Below, one piece after another: positions 14,431-26,967 of a stretch of 64,000 nt of DNA (its first letter is position 1; each line of letters opens with the position of its first letter). This DNA comes from Octopus sinensis (lineage: Eukaryota). The DNA is taken from positions 29,202,001-29,266,000 of the forward strand of contig NC_043012.1 in assembly GCF_006345805.1 (NCBI RefSeq). The letters run 5' to 3'. Position numbers and translations under genes: made by a program. The notes under the pieces were generated by a model. The model saw only the letters and a list, made by a program, of their open reading frames with translations. It did no database searches and had not been told where the DNA came from.

Positions 14431-17199
14431 TTAACGGTATCGAACCGGTGGCAGAATGTTCTTTCTCCATCTGGTGGATCTTGTGCTTCGCACCGGTGTC
14501 TGAGGTGTGTTGTTGGGCTGCTGATATGTGGTTGGTGCCCGTTGGGGTGATGATTCTGTGGGTGTTGTCACCAATGCAGCAGGTGTTGTACACGTTTTCC
14601 TCGACAGCTCTGGTGTTGGGCGGATGTGGGCCCTGTTGCGTCTCAGCTGCCTACCAGATCCCGTTTCTATTATATACGATCTTGGGATTTCAGCTCTACT
14701 GACAATCTGTGCTGGGATCCATGTTTTAGTTATGGGATCTTGAGTATGCACATGTTGTCCTCCAAGTATCTCAGGTAAATATTGTGCATGTTTGTTGTAA
14801 TACCTCTGTGATTGTTCTTGAGTGGCTGCTAACTTTGCCCTTGTCTCTTCCTGGTCAATAGGAGGTTGGATCTTACTTGGCAGGGTAGTTTTGTACTTCC
14901 TGCCATTCAGCAATTCTGCTGGGGATTTCATATCAGCTCTCACTGGTGTCGCTCGTAGGGACAGAAGTGCCAGGTGTGGGTCTTCCTTAGTCTCTCGGCA
15001 TTTGACTAGTGTTCTCTTCACTGTCTGCACCTGACTTTCTATAAACCCATGGCCTTTGGGATAGTGTGGAGATGAAGTTGTAATATTGAACCCATACTCA
15101 TCGGCTAGCTTTTTGAATTCTTGTGATGTGAACTGGGTTCCATTGTCACATATGATCTGCTCTGGTATTCCTTGCTCTGCAAGGAGTCCTCGAGCCACTG
15201 TAGTGATTGTTTTGGCTGTCAGGTCTTTCACTTTTCTCACAAATGGAAATTTGGAGTAGTAGCAGGCCATTATCAAATACCATTCTTGGCCCTCTGTGAA
15301 CAGATCTACTCCAATAGTTTGCCATGGCCTTCTTGGGATGTCACTAGATATCATTTCCTCCTTTTGTTGTGAGTTTCTGTACTTTTGACAGATGTGGCAT
15401 GTAGAAACTGTCTTTTCTATGTCTTTGTACATGCCTACCCAATATACTGCTGACTTGGCTCGGAGCTTGCATTTTTCCATTCCGAGATGCCCTTGGTGGA
15501 TCTTGTCAAGAATCTCTTCTTGCATTGACTTGGGTATAATTATTCGGGATCCAGCCATCAGGATCCCATTCTCCACTGATATATCATCACGGATGGCCCA
15601 ATATTCACGAATCAGGGGTTGCACCTGATGTCTCTTTTCTGGCCACCCCTGAATCACCATCCGAGTAAGGAGCTGAAGTTCTTCATCTTTTCTGGTCTCC
15701 TCTTTGATTTCTGCTAGCTTTGTGGTTGTCACATTTACAATGTGGTGGACCTTTAAGCTTAGTCCTTCCATCTCCTGTTTATCATGTGAGGATAGTCTGG
15801 AAAGAGCATCCGCCAATATCATGTCTTTTCCTGGCTTGTACCTGATATCATAGTCATATGTTTGAAGCCTTAACAGTAATCTTTGCAGTCTGGCTGGTGC
15901 TTTCATGAGGTTTTTTCTATGTATTTATTCTAGCGGGCGATGGTCTGTTTCAATATTGAAATGTCTGCCATACAGGTATGTATGGAACTTTTCGCATCCA
16001 TATACTACTGCCAGGAGTTCCCTTTCAATATTCGCGTACCTTGTCTCTGTGGGTGAGAGAGCTTTCGAGGCATATGCAATGGGTTTACCTTCCTGTATCA
16101 GTGCTGCGCCAACACCTCTCATAGAAGCATCGACTTGGAGTGTTACTGGTTTCCGTCTGTCATAGTATTGCAGAGTTGTCTCCTTACCGATGAGCTTTTT
16201 GATTGTGTTGAAATCCTGTGTGTGTGAAGCACACCAATCAAACTCTACGTCATCTCTGTTTAGTTCTCGGAGATTTGCAGTGTGATCGGCCAGCTTGGGT
16301 GTGAAGGGTCCCATGTAGTTGATGAGTCCCAGGAAGCTCCTGAGTTCCTTCCTGTCTTTAGGATCTTTAATGTCTCTGATGGCTTCCACTTTAGCGGGGT
16401 CTGGCTTAACCCCCTCTGCAGAGTATATAATTCCAAAGAATTTGCACTCCTTTTCTTTTATTATACACTTGTCTGCATTGAGTTTGATGCCTGCTTGTCG
16501 GGTTTTCTCCATAGCTTCATGTAAATTGAAGTCATGAGTGGTCTCATCCTTGCCATGCACTTGGATGTCATCTGCTACTCCAATTGCTCCCTTGCAGCCT
16601 TGGTAGGTCTCATCTATTTGGCGCTGGAAAACATCTTTGCTCACCTTCAATCCTAATGGGAGTCGGTTGAATCGGTATCTGTCAAATGGTGTGTTGAAGG
16701 AAGTTAGCATGGATGACTCTTTGTCTATTTTTATATTCCAGAACCCATTGCTGGCATCCAGTTTGCTGAATATTTTGGATCCAGCCAATGATGGTGTGAT
16801 TTCTTCAAGGGTTGGAATTGGATGGTACTCCATTTTTAATGCCTTGTTCAAGCCCCTTGGGTCGAGGCATATCCGTAGGGTACCATTGGGATTTTCCTTG
16901 ATCACAATCGAATTTACCCAGTCTGTTGGTCGTGTCACTTTGGTGATTATTTCCTTTTTTTCCATTTTGTCCAACTCTGTCTTCAGCTTCTCTTTTAGTT
17001 CTAGAGGGACGCGGCGAGGTGGGTGAACAATTGGGTTGATACTGGGGTCGACTGTTATATGATATCGACATTTCACAAAGCACCCAAATGTATCGTCAAA
17101 GCATTCAGGGTACATGCTTATCAGTTCCTCTTTGTTTGTGATTTGTGGTCGATCTTTGATAGGCATATCACTGTCTATCCTGCTTGGAGCTGCTTTCAC
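14431..17199 (-). pseudogene. pol: Gypsy pol (RT, RNase H, integrase) with one in-frame TAA at 15925-15927
   Basis: LRICLDP, SKLDA, VADD, DAS..G.GA, IERELLAVV; integrase H..H..C..C, DNGTQF..E; the two ORF-track ORFs are in the same frame. Confidence 0.93.
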
Positions 17200-18447
17200 T
17201 TCAGTATTGATTGATACAATCTTTAGCTTTTTGCAGGTATTGAGTCCAAGAATTGCTGGCCCTTCTGTTCTTGTGACATAAAAAGAACACTTAATTATTT
17301 TCCTTTGTGTGTCCCTGCGATAGTTGTTTTACCCAGTTGTGGAATCCTGGTTCCTCCATACGCAGTGAGGATTACATCACTTGGTGTGAGGATTCCTTGT
17401 TTGACTTTATCCTCTTTTGATATGTGTTCTGGGAACATCTTTTTGTAGAGGTTGACATGTAAGATATTACTCTGGGCTCCAGTGTCAATCTTTAGTCTTA
17501 AGTCTATGTTTGTTCTTTTCCTTCCGGCCTTCTTTTGAATTCTTATTGTCGTGTATGCCTCATCTTCTTTCTTCCGGTCGTCCTTTCCCATCTCATGCAC
17601 ATTTATTATGCCGACTGCCAAGAGTTCCTCCTCTGAGGTGTTTTGTTCCTGTTGTTGTGCATGTATATCTCTTCTATTTCTGCTCCTCTTTGAAAATTGG
17701 GGCTTGTATCTCTGGGATTTTGTTACCCTACACATTTTTTTCCAGTGGTTAAGTTTTTCACATCCTTTGCAGTGTGTACCGAATGCAGGACATTTTTTTC
17801 GGTTATTAAATTCATGCTCTGTACCACAGTACTGGCATGTTCTTTGTTTGTGGGTATGTGTCCTGTGCCTAGATACAGTATCTACACTGCTACCAAGTGC
17901 TACTGAGTGAGGCCATCTGTTTGGTAGTGGCTTCGAATGCTCTTGCAGTGTCTACTGCTTCTACCAACTGGAGAGCGTCCTTACCTATTAGTGATTTTTG
18001 TACTTCTTTATGGGCACACCCCCATATTAATTGGTCTACAATTCTCTCCTCCCTGTCTTTGAATTTGCATTTCTCTGCAACATTTTTCAGTCTTGACAGG
18101 AAATTGTCAATTGTTTCTTGTGGGGCTTGTTTCAGGCCCTGGAATTCGTATCTGTGAATTCTATGGTTCGACCTGGGCTCTAGGTGCCTTTCAAATTTTT
18201 CAAGAAGTGTGTCTGGGTTATTGCAGTCTGATTCTGACATATCCCAGCTATTGAATAGGTCTATTCCTTTATTACCTGACCACAAAAGGATATAGCTTAC
18301 CTTCTCATCGTCAGTTGTGTCTTTCAGGAAACTTTTGAAAGCTAGTTGAGCTTTTTGTTTGAATTTTTAAAATGCTTCTAAGACATCACTGGAATACCAA
18401 TTCATAATCGGATGTAGATTCATCTGTACGGCGACGGGGGTCGCCAT
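17200..18447 (-). pseudogene. gag: Gypsy gag and protease, disrupted by stops and frameshifts
   Basis: ATG at 18447 (MATPVAVQMNLHPIMNW); FQGLKQAPQETIDNF; CCHC knuckles near 17730-17840; protease IDTGAQSNI in 17295-17735. Confidence 0.88.
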
Positions 18448-20126
18448 CTTGGATCGTCGTGTTTATTGTCCTAAGACGAAGCGATGTTTTGTTTGTTAAT
18501 TCCTCGTTCGCTGTGTTTCTGTTTCGTTGTAAAGGCACAGTTTCCGATTAATTATTTACCGCTGCCACCATGTTATGTGTAGTTTGGGTTCTAATGGGAT
18601 AGACAACCAAATGAAAACCATTGTTATTGTTACGTGTTTATTTTCTATTCATGATACACGGACGACGACATTCAGCGTAGTGATACATTATATACTTTAC
18701 ACACAGTTGTACTGTTCACTAACAAAATAGTGCCAAGAGTGGGGATGTAGTTTGGCATACGCAAACACATAGATATGAATGTGTAACAGTAAGTATAACT
18801 TTTTCTCGAATAGCAAATGCTTATCCTCCTATGTAGGATGTAACATAATATCTATCAAATGATTAGTCGAATCTGCTCTTCCAGTCAATGTTAGCATCCT
18901 CTAAATTGTAGGATGTGTACTAATGCATAAATTTTTATTTGAGTACTTTCGTCCAGTTACCCGCGGATCACACAAAACAACTGTACACTCAGACTATACC
19001 TTTTAGCTCTTTAAGATGTTAATTTCATTGTCTGTACATTGATGTACTCATTTCTCCCTTTATTGATCAGTAAATATATGCTTGCATGATTGTATTTATG
19101 AATGTTGTATACATGTATACACATGTGTGTGTGTGCATATACATTTGTACATGTACATGTACATTTCTCTGCCATCTGTATACATTCGTACATAATTTTT
19201 GTGTCTAATGATACACCTGAGATAAAATATTTCTGTGAGTATTCAAACTAGATACAAATATGATGAGGTTTCATAAGACTTCGTGAGTACCTGAGAAAAA
19301 TGAAGGAGGTGTAATGAAAATCGTTAAAATCAACAGAGAACTTCTGGAAAGTGTAACTTCTAGAATTTAACGAGGAAAGAATAACAGAAAACTTAGCTTA
19401 TATACACATATGCTGTTTATTTATTCAGTTCAAAGTGAAGTTTAATAAATGTTTATGTATTCGCTTCAGGGGATAACAATTGGAAATATGGTTACACAGG
19501 TTTTTCCTCGTATAATTTTCGTGTAATTGGCGCCAAATAAATTCAGCCAAGTGACATATGCACACCACACTCCTTTCTGAGATTGTTTAAAGCCTTTCCA
19601 TGTGTTTTTCATAATTTAATGTGAACATCAGTTAATAATTCATAAAACAAATAATATTTATCGAGTTGCACTATATGGCAGATAACTTGAAAAACTAATT
19701 AATTGTCTCATTTTCTTAATTTATCGGTTAATTTTAGCAGTTTTCATTAAACTACACGCAAAGCCGGTTTACGCCTATATTTTTAGATACTTTCTTTTTT
19801 AATACACATATGTGCGTGTGCGTGTGCGTGTGTGTATGTGTGTGTATATACGTGTATGTGTGTGTATGTATGCGCGACATACAAACAGGGAAAAATTAAC
19901 TATCTTCGTAGTTAGAATAAGAAAATAATGTTCAGGCTTAATCGATTTTCAAACCTTAATGAGTTATCGATATCAAAGGTATCTATATCACTTCACTTAT
20001 TCCAGACGAACAAGTGGCCAATCTGCTTATAAATACAACATATAATCCAGTAGCTTCTGAGAATTGAGGTACTACCTTGCTATATAAACATATACACACA
20101 TGTATGTATATATATGTGTATGTATA

Positions 20127-20182
<56 letters not shown>

Positions 20183-20250
20183 TTATATATATATATATAT
20201 AATATATATATATATATATTATATATATATATATATTATATATATATATA

Positions 20251-20674
20251 TACTACTAGTTTAACCCCAGGCAGATCTTCCGCCAGCTGGTTATCCGTGC
20301 AAAGCTGTACCCTTTATACACAATATATATTGCTAGCAAGGGGAGTGAACCCCTACCATCCTCTAGTAGACAACATGACCGCGAGACTGAGTCAGTTTCC
20401 AGCTGGTTGGCTCATCCTCAGTCGCGAACACGTGGTTAGCAGAGCGATAGCCAGAGTCTGTTCCAGCCAGCAATATATTGTAAACAAAGTAACCATCGGT
20501 CACCGATTTGCAACAAGCATAAAGAGATGAGAGTAGTAATTATACGAACAAGTTAAGTCAATCGCCACATCAAAGTGGCTGTTCCATGTTACTACTAGTT
20601 TAATCCCAGGCAGATCTTCCGCCGGCTGGTTATCGGTGCGACGCCGCATCCCTTATGTACAATGTATATTGCTA
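20251..20674 (-). mobile_element. 339-bp HHR-containing unit with ~85-bp terminal direct repeat (retrozyme-like or solo PLE pseudo-LTR)
   Basis: TACTACTAGTTTAA.CCCAGGCAGATCTTCCGCC at 20251 and 20590; HHR inside; (TA)n on the left flank. Confidence 0.8.
20380..20426 (-). ncRNA. Type I hammerhead ribozyme motif (GUC site)
   Basis: CGCGA-CTGAGGA-T-GAGC caacca GCTG-GAAA-CTG act CAG-TC-TCGCG. Confidence 0.85.
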
Positions 20675-20696
20675 TATTTATTTATAAACATACACA

Positions 20697-20873
20697 GGAG
20701 GGGGTGCTGAAAAGTTCCAGGCTGTAAGCGTCTCACGAAAGGCCTGGCTGGAGGCCCAACCTTCTCAATTCTCTCACAGGACTTAGAAAAACAGGTATAT
20801 ATGGAATAAAATCATAACCAATCTTTCTGTACTTTCTTTTAGCTAGAATCAGGAACTTTTCAGCACCCACACG
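20697..20873. mobile_element. mariner-type MITE
   Basis: Inverted ends GGGTGCTGAAAAGTTCC / GGAACTTTTCAGCACCC, followed by TA. Confidence 0.75.
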
Positions 20874-20877
20874 TAAT

Positions 20878-20909
<32 letters not shown>

Positions 20910-21140
20910 CATACATACATACATACATACATACATAAACACGCACACGCACGCAAACACACAAACACACAAACACACACACATAAACACCCACCCACAT
21001 ATACACACATACATACATATACGTTTATATAAATATACATACGTGTATGTGTGTACGTACATATATATATATATATATATGCGTATGTATATATGCTCAT
21101 ATGTGTGTACATATAAGAATATATGAAACGTGTGTATATA

Positions 21141-21175
<35 letters not shown>

Positions 21176-21269
21176 ATCTATCTATCAGTCTGTCTTACAC
21201 ACACATGCATACATACATACATACATACATACATACATACATACATACATACATACATACATACATACA

Positions 21270-22312
21270 GTACTGAAAAGTGAAGTGAGCAACATTGTAC
21301 GAGTTGGCAGTGAACTCCTCAAGAAACACTTTCTTCCGGATGATCTCTTATACAGCTCCAAAACAGCTGGGCTCTTTTACCTCAGGGACGACCTGGATGG
21401 AAAGCACTCAGCATACAAAACAAAAAATAAACAGACCATACATGGGTATGTTGCCCGGAAGCTTCAAGTTGACACAAAGCACAACCTCTCTTCGACACCA
21501 GACCACTGCATCGTATCACACTTTGAAGGCTATGCGTTTGCAATCCAGGAACAGGAGATTGTCACAAAATAACTGGTGAACAAAAGAGAGGGACAAGTAA
21601 TCCCAAGGTGCAACCGCATGTGTAGGCTATGTCATGTTTCTGCGGAAGACATTATGCATGTGATTAGCAACTGTCCTAAAATGTCGTCACGGTACTACCT
21701 CCCTATGCGGCACGATGTTGTTGCTAAAACAATTTACAATGCCCTTCGCATGAAAGATTGTCCTGAAATAAACTTAGAAAATCCCTCTGTAATGGAATAC
21801 ATTCATAAACATCAACTCAAGAAATACTGGTGGAATATTCCCATCAAAACTTCTGTCAAATGTAAGCATAACAGGCCGGACATTGTTGCTTGGGACAGAG
21901 GAGCAGAGATATGTTCCATCATAGAGGTCAGCTGCCCTGCAGACATAAATATTTCTATGAAAATCAAAGAGAAAGAGGATATATATGGACAACTGCTTCG
22001 AAACCTCCTGCTTCTATATTCAGACGGTGAATTCGTATTTATACCAATAATAATTGGAGCATTAAGATTTGTTAGTAAATGCTTAAAGGAGAATCGCGAT
22101 AAACTGGGATTCTCAGAAAGAGAAACTGACCGGCTAATTCGTACATTACAAGTTCAATCTGTGAGTGGAACAGTAAAAATATGCAAGACTTGTCTCAAGT
22201 TTCAAATGTGAATTTGTCTGTGTTAACTACATCCCAAAGATGGAGCCTTGTATATTTGCTGGGGAACGGCTCTCTCCTCAGTGGAGGATTTATAATAATT
22301 AAAAAATTGAAG
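21270..22312 (+). mobile_element. R4/Dong-like REL LINE 3' fragment inserted in (TACA)n
   Basis: CRLC..HVISNC..RHD, HNRPDIV..IIEVSCP..EKEDIY (21576-22211); (CATA)n on both flanks. Confidence 0.88.
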
Positions 22313-22374
22313 ATACATACATACATAAAGCAGTAAAATGTGACGACCGATGAAGACTTTGTGGAGTTAACACC

Positions 22375-22950
22375 GAAGATATTACCCTCATCATAAGTAA
22401 TTGTAGGACATGCTGTAATGAAGTCCGGAGGAAGGGTAACCCCCGAGGACAAAGAAATAAGAATCGCGGTATGGTAGAAGCCATAGCCACTCATAATAAA
22501 AAGCAGTACTGGAGGAATGTCCCAGTGAAAACCTCAATAAAATGTAAGCACAGACTTGATATAATGCGTTGGGATAGAGAAGAGAAACTGTGCATAGCTG
22601 TGGAAATGTTCTTTATTCGGCTGTAATATTCTTTAGCAGAGAGTTCTGAGGTCCAAATTCTCTTCATTAGGCTGTAATATTCTTTAGTGACACGTGTTTT
22701 GTTACAGGTTCCATTGTAAGATATGTTTTCATCAACAACTAGATTTGTCGTCAGATAAGGGGAAACAGTCAAATCATTGATGGAGATGTTACTAGTCTGG
22801 TTTATAGTTTTCCCCATTTTCACTACCATATAACATCTATCCCGACCAAACTCCAACCCTACATCCTTTGGGAATGTTGTAACTAGGTCAAGACTCTTTT
22901 CATCTCATGCGTATTCTTTGCATAAAGTTTTAAGTCATTCACTTACACAG
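22375..22950. mobile_element. Rearranged fragments of a related R4-like LINE (plus-strand REL piece, minus-strand RT piece)
   Basis: Plus strand near 22500-22600 KQYWRNVPVKTSIKCKHRLDI; minus strand MEFGRDRC and a DLKLYAK-like segment. Confidence 0.6.
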
Positions 22951-23159
22951 AATATCTGTATATACGGTCGTTTTTGTATTATCCGATGCGTCTTCTCTTA
23001 AAACAGTTGTTTGTGGTATGATGAATATTTTCCTATTATTGGTAGTAGTTAAAAAAGAATTGATTATTGGTATGCAAACTCGAACAACACCAACCCACCA
23101 ACAAAGATCAGAATTACACTTCTTCGACGTCCCGAGCAACATGCATAATTCGCTTAGGC

Positions 23160-23660
23160 TGGTCTATGAAGGAGTGAAGCCAGAGCTATGAAATCTTGCT
23201 CGCATTAATTTCAACTTTCTTATTAATAGTTGCATTGTTTCTTTCCAAATAAGCTGACATTTGACTGTTCAGAGAAGACTTAAAATGGTAGCAGTAGCGA
23301 CTTTTCTTGAAATTCGACAAAATTTAGCATCATGAACTTATCAAATACCCGCAGAAAAATAATTTAGTCGCCAAGAACATTCATGGCAACGTGGTCGCTA
23401 CATTAAAGGATGATGCTCCAGCTTTATCAATAGTGCAAAAGTGGGAAACTGAATATCGGAGGGAAAGGAGAGTCAAGATATGTTTGGATATCCTGCAACT
23501 ACCAAGGAAGACATTATGTTGTACAGATATTAATGGATGGCAGGCGACTGACTATAAATCAAATGACCAATGTTATTTATTAGCTTGTGCCGTGAGACAG
23601 TTGAGAATATTCTGTACATTCAGTGGGTACCACGTCTTCTGACACCTGGCCAGCTGGTTT
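23160..23660 (+). mobile_element. Decayed mariner-like element
   Basis: IHGNVVATLKDDAPALSIVQKWETEYRR resembles the mariner N-terminal HTH. Confidence 0.6.
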
Positions 23661-23699
23661 TCTTGAACCTTTCCTAAGCCAGGACGAGTGTTGAGGTCA

Positions 23700-25160
23700 T
23701 CACTGAACTAGAGAGAAAGAGACAATCCATACAGTGGAAACGTTATGGATTGTCTCTACAAGAAACATGTTGGAACGACTCCTACCAGTAGCGGAATCTG
23801 CACTCTTCTACATCACAGAACTGATTTCACCTGCTGGTTGCCACACAGTGGACATAATTTTTGCCATCTGTCAACTGCAAGACAAAGCCGAGGAGCTCCA
23901 CAAGCCGCTACATCTTTTGTTGTATGATTAGACTAAAACTTTTAACACAAGATGCCGTGAAATTTTTGAAAATACTTCAGTAGGTTGGATTTCCACTGAA
24001 ATTCCGTGTTATCATCTCTTTTCTTCTTGATAACATTGTATATTATCGAACAGGTATCAGCTTTTTTGAGGTCAAAACTCGTGTGAAGTAAGGAAATGTC
24101 TTAGTACTGACCCACTTCTCTCTGTTTCTCTGTGAGGTTTATTTGGCTGCTGTAAATGAGAGACATTTTTACGCACAGAACCAGGTACAATGAAAGTGTC
24201 CTTAATCGAGGCCCGACGCTTTATCGGAGCACAAAACTTTTATTGAAATGCAGTATGCGGATGAAAAGGCTATATTCAATCATAACCAAGTCCACCTTTG
24301 ACAATTATGTGACTGATGGGTTTCAGAATATGAATATTATTGCCTAACAGTTACATCAACAAGACATCAACCCGAAGACCGTCCCAGTAAAAGATCGAAA
24401 TAACCATCAAAAGCAACCTAATGAATTAAGCCGCCTACTTTCTATATCTTGATTTCAACATATTTTCAAGTGCAACTGTAAACTGTGAGATCAACAACAG
24501 GTTACATGTAGCCCATGCAGCACACAGAGAACTTAATCAAAGGGTCTTCAAGAACTACAGATTCAAAATTAACAGGAAGCTGTTCGTTTACCGAGTGAAA
24601 TGTGCCACCATATTTCTTTGTGCGTGGGGCAGGGACTCCTTATCGATTTCACATAAAATAATTTGAATTGTTCTCTTAATTAAAGTTTTAGTCACTTCCC
24701 GATATCAAACAGGAACAAAATGCATCCTATAAAAGCAGAAATGATAAGTATCGATGCGATATTCTTTAGCCATCAACTATACTGGATAGGCAATGTTCAA
24801 AAGATGAAGAACAAACAACTCCCAAAGAGCATCTTTTATTCTAAACTGACATTACCATAGGAGATCGCAACTGAGGTTCAGAGACATCATGAAGAGAATT
24901 TTCACCCTCAGCTACATTGCACAACAGAATTTCGAAACTGTCCCAAAGGAGAGAAAGCAATGGAGAAAACTGCCATATTAGCTGTTAACTCTTTGGGTTA
25001 AACGGAAAGACATGGATTACCAGATACGTCAAATTAGAAAGAGAAGACAAGCCTCCGTTAATATAATACCAACAATCCCACGAAGAAAATGCTATCGAAT
25101 GTTTCGATCAAATCTGGTTCTCCACAGCCACTTGCGAGCCAAAGTTAGAAGGAAATGAAA
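23700..25160 (+). mobile_element. Old RTE-clade LINE remnant
   Basis: LERLLPVAE..TVDIIFAICQLQDKAEELHKPLHLLLYD; later segments resemble the RTE C-terminus. Confidence 0.7.
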
Positions 25161-26094
25161 TGAATATAACTGAAGTAATCAGAGAACTTTTCAGTTCGAC
25201 TTATCCAACAACGACGACGATGTGTATGCATGTCCGTTTGCATACTAATAGAATACTGTCCAAAGCTTAAAAGTAGCTTTAATTGACTCAGAATTGATGT
25301 TAATAAAGACATAGTCGAGTTAATAGAATACTATTGGATATAAGGAATGACACTCTTTCCCAATACATTTATAGCAGTACAATGTCTAATGTACAGTACA
25401 ACTGATAGATATTCAATATTAATAGTATATTTTGTAATTGAATGTGTAAATAACATTCATATGTCTATTTCAAACATATCATAAAGAGCACGGATTTCGG
25501 TAAATGCGAAGAGTCTTATTTCCTTTGAAACTATAACTGGATAAAATATATTACTTTTTGTTCTTGAAATTCTATAAAATTTGAAATAATTTGAAAAATG
25601 AATGGAAACCAGAGTGTTCGGGGATAAATGACTCATGGTAATAAAATCTTTCTCAAAACGTATAAAAACCAAAGTGCCCAGAGGAAAGAAGTGATACACT
25701 AGATCCACCCGATATAAATACATCCTCGAATTAATTTATGTTCTGGGGGCGGCGAACATTTGTTTGGGGGCCACAAATACCAAAAATGCTTCTTTAAAGG
25801 GAACAAGAAACATTAATTATAACAAATTTCGAATAAAGGTGTATCAGCTAACACATTAACGGTTATCCTCTTAAATACTTGAATACTCTCGTTAAAACAC
25901 TTAAATAAGTATATAACTCTGATCCGTGATTTATCGCCTTTTGAATTTAATATATGAATATTCTTCATTCTTGGCTTCGTGAATAACTTAATCTCCTTGG
26001 CAGATGTAATAGATATTTCTCTCTTCTTGGTAGTTGTCACTATTATGTGCATGAGTGCCTATGAGGTGTGTGTGTGTGTGTGTGTGTGTGTGAG

Positions 26095-26127
<33 letters not shown>

Positions 26128-26131
26128 AGAT

Positions 26132-26198
<67 letters not shown>

Positions 26199-26617
26199 AA
26201 GAGAGAGAATCTAAGTAATTTGGAGAGAAAGAAAGAGGGCAACAAAATTATGGAGTCATGCATTTAGAGTTTATTGTGTACGTTTGAGAAGTTTAGAAAA
26301 AAATTCACATCAAACAGAAAACTCACCCAAACAAAAAGTCTACTTGCAACAGGAAATTTACTTAAAAATTACATTAATTCAACTGCAACTGCAGTTGTAA
26401 TGACGGGGGCAATGTTCATTCTTGCCAATATCACTTTCACTATCAAGCGCTGCAATGCAAGCCACACATCTACGCAGTCCCTTCACCAACAACCGACTTG
26501 TCTCATTCTATTGGCTTCGTTTCTATATCTTGAGAAAAGCGGCGAGAGGCTTTCTTTTCATTACCTCACTAACATCTTTTATTTTCGTTGTCACAAAATA
26601 ACTACCGACGAAATAAT

Positions 26618-26766
26618 ACATTATTTACATTATTTACATTCGACGGATATTTGTCCTCATCTTGTTTGTTGTTAACATAACGTTTCGGCTGATATACCCT
26701 CCATCCTTCTTCAGGTGTCTTGGGGAAATTTCGAACCTGGGTTCTCATTCCTAAAGTATTTTTCGA

Positions 26767-26821
<55 letters not shown>

Positions 26822-26967
26822 GTTCAGGTCACTGCCTGGAACCGAACTCGGAATCTTGGGGTTAGTAGCCTGCGCTCCTAACCACTACGCCATATATCCG
26901 TTGAATGTAAATAATGTAAATAATGTAAATAGTGTACACAATTCCTCATCTCTTAAATATAGAACTG
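26618..26967 (-). mobile_element. tRNA-headed, HHR-containing SINE, copy 3, with an inverted tail copy at 26893-26967
   Basis: Same family as 9481-9787; HHR at 26674-26719 reads GACAC-CTGAAGA-A-GGATG..CAGCC-GAAA-CGTT-ATGTT. Confidence 0.88.

Larger units (their letters stand above)
14057..18788 (-). mobile_element. Full-length Gypsy/Ty3 LTR retrotransposon (Mag-like), 4732 bp
   Basis: Two 218-bp TG..CA LTRs (14057-14274, 18571-18788); TSD GTAAG (14052-14056, 18789-18793); PBS TGGTGGCAGCGGT (tRNA-Leu 3' end); PPT AAGAAGAAGGGA; gag-PR-RT-RH-IN order. Confidence 0.97.
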
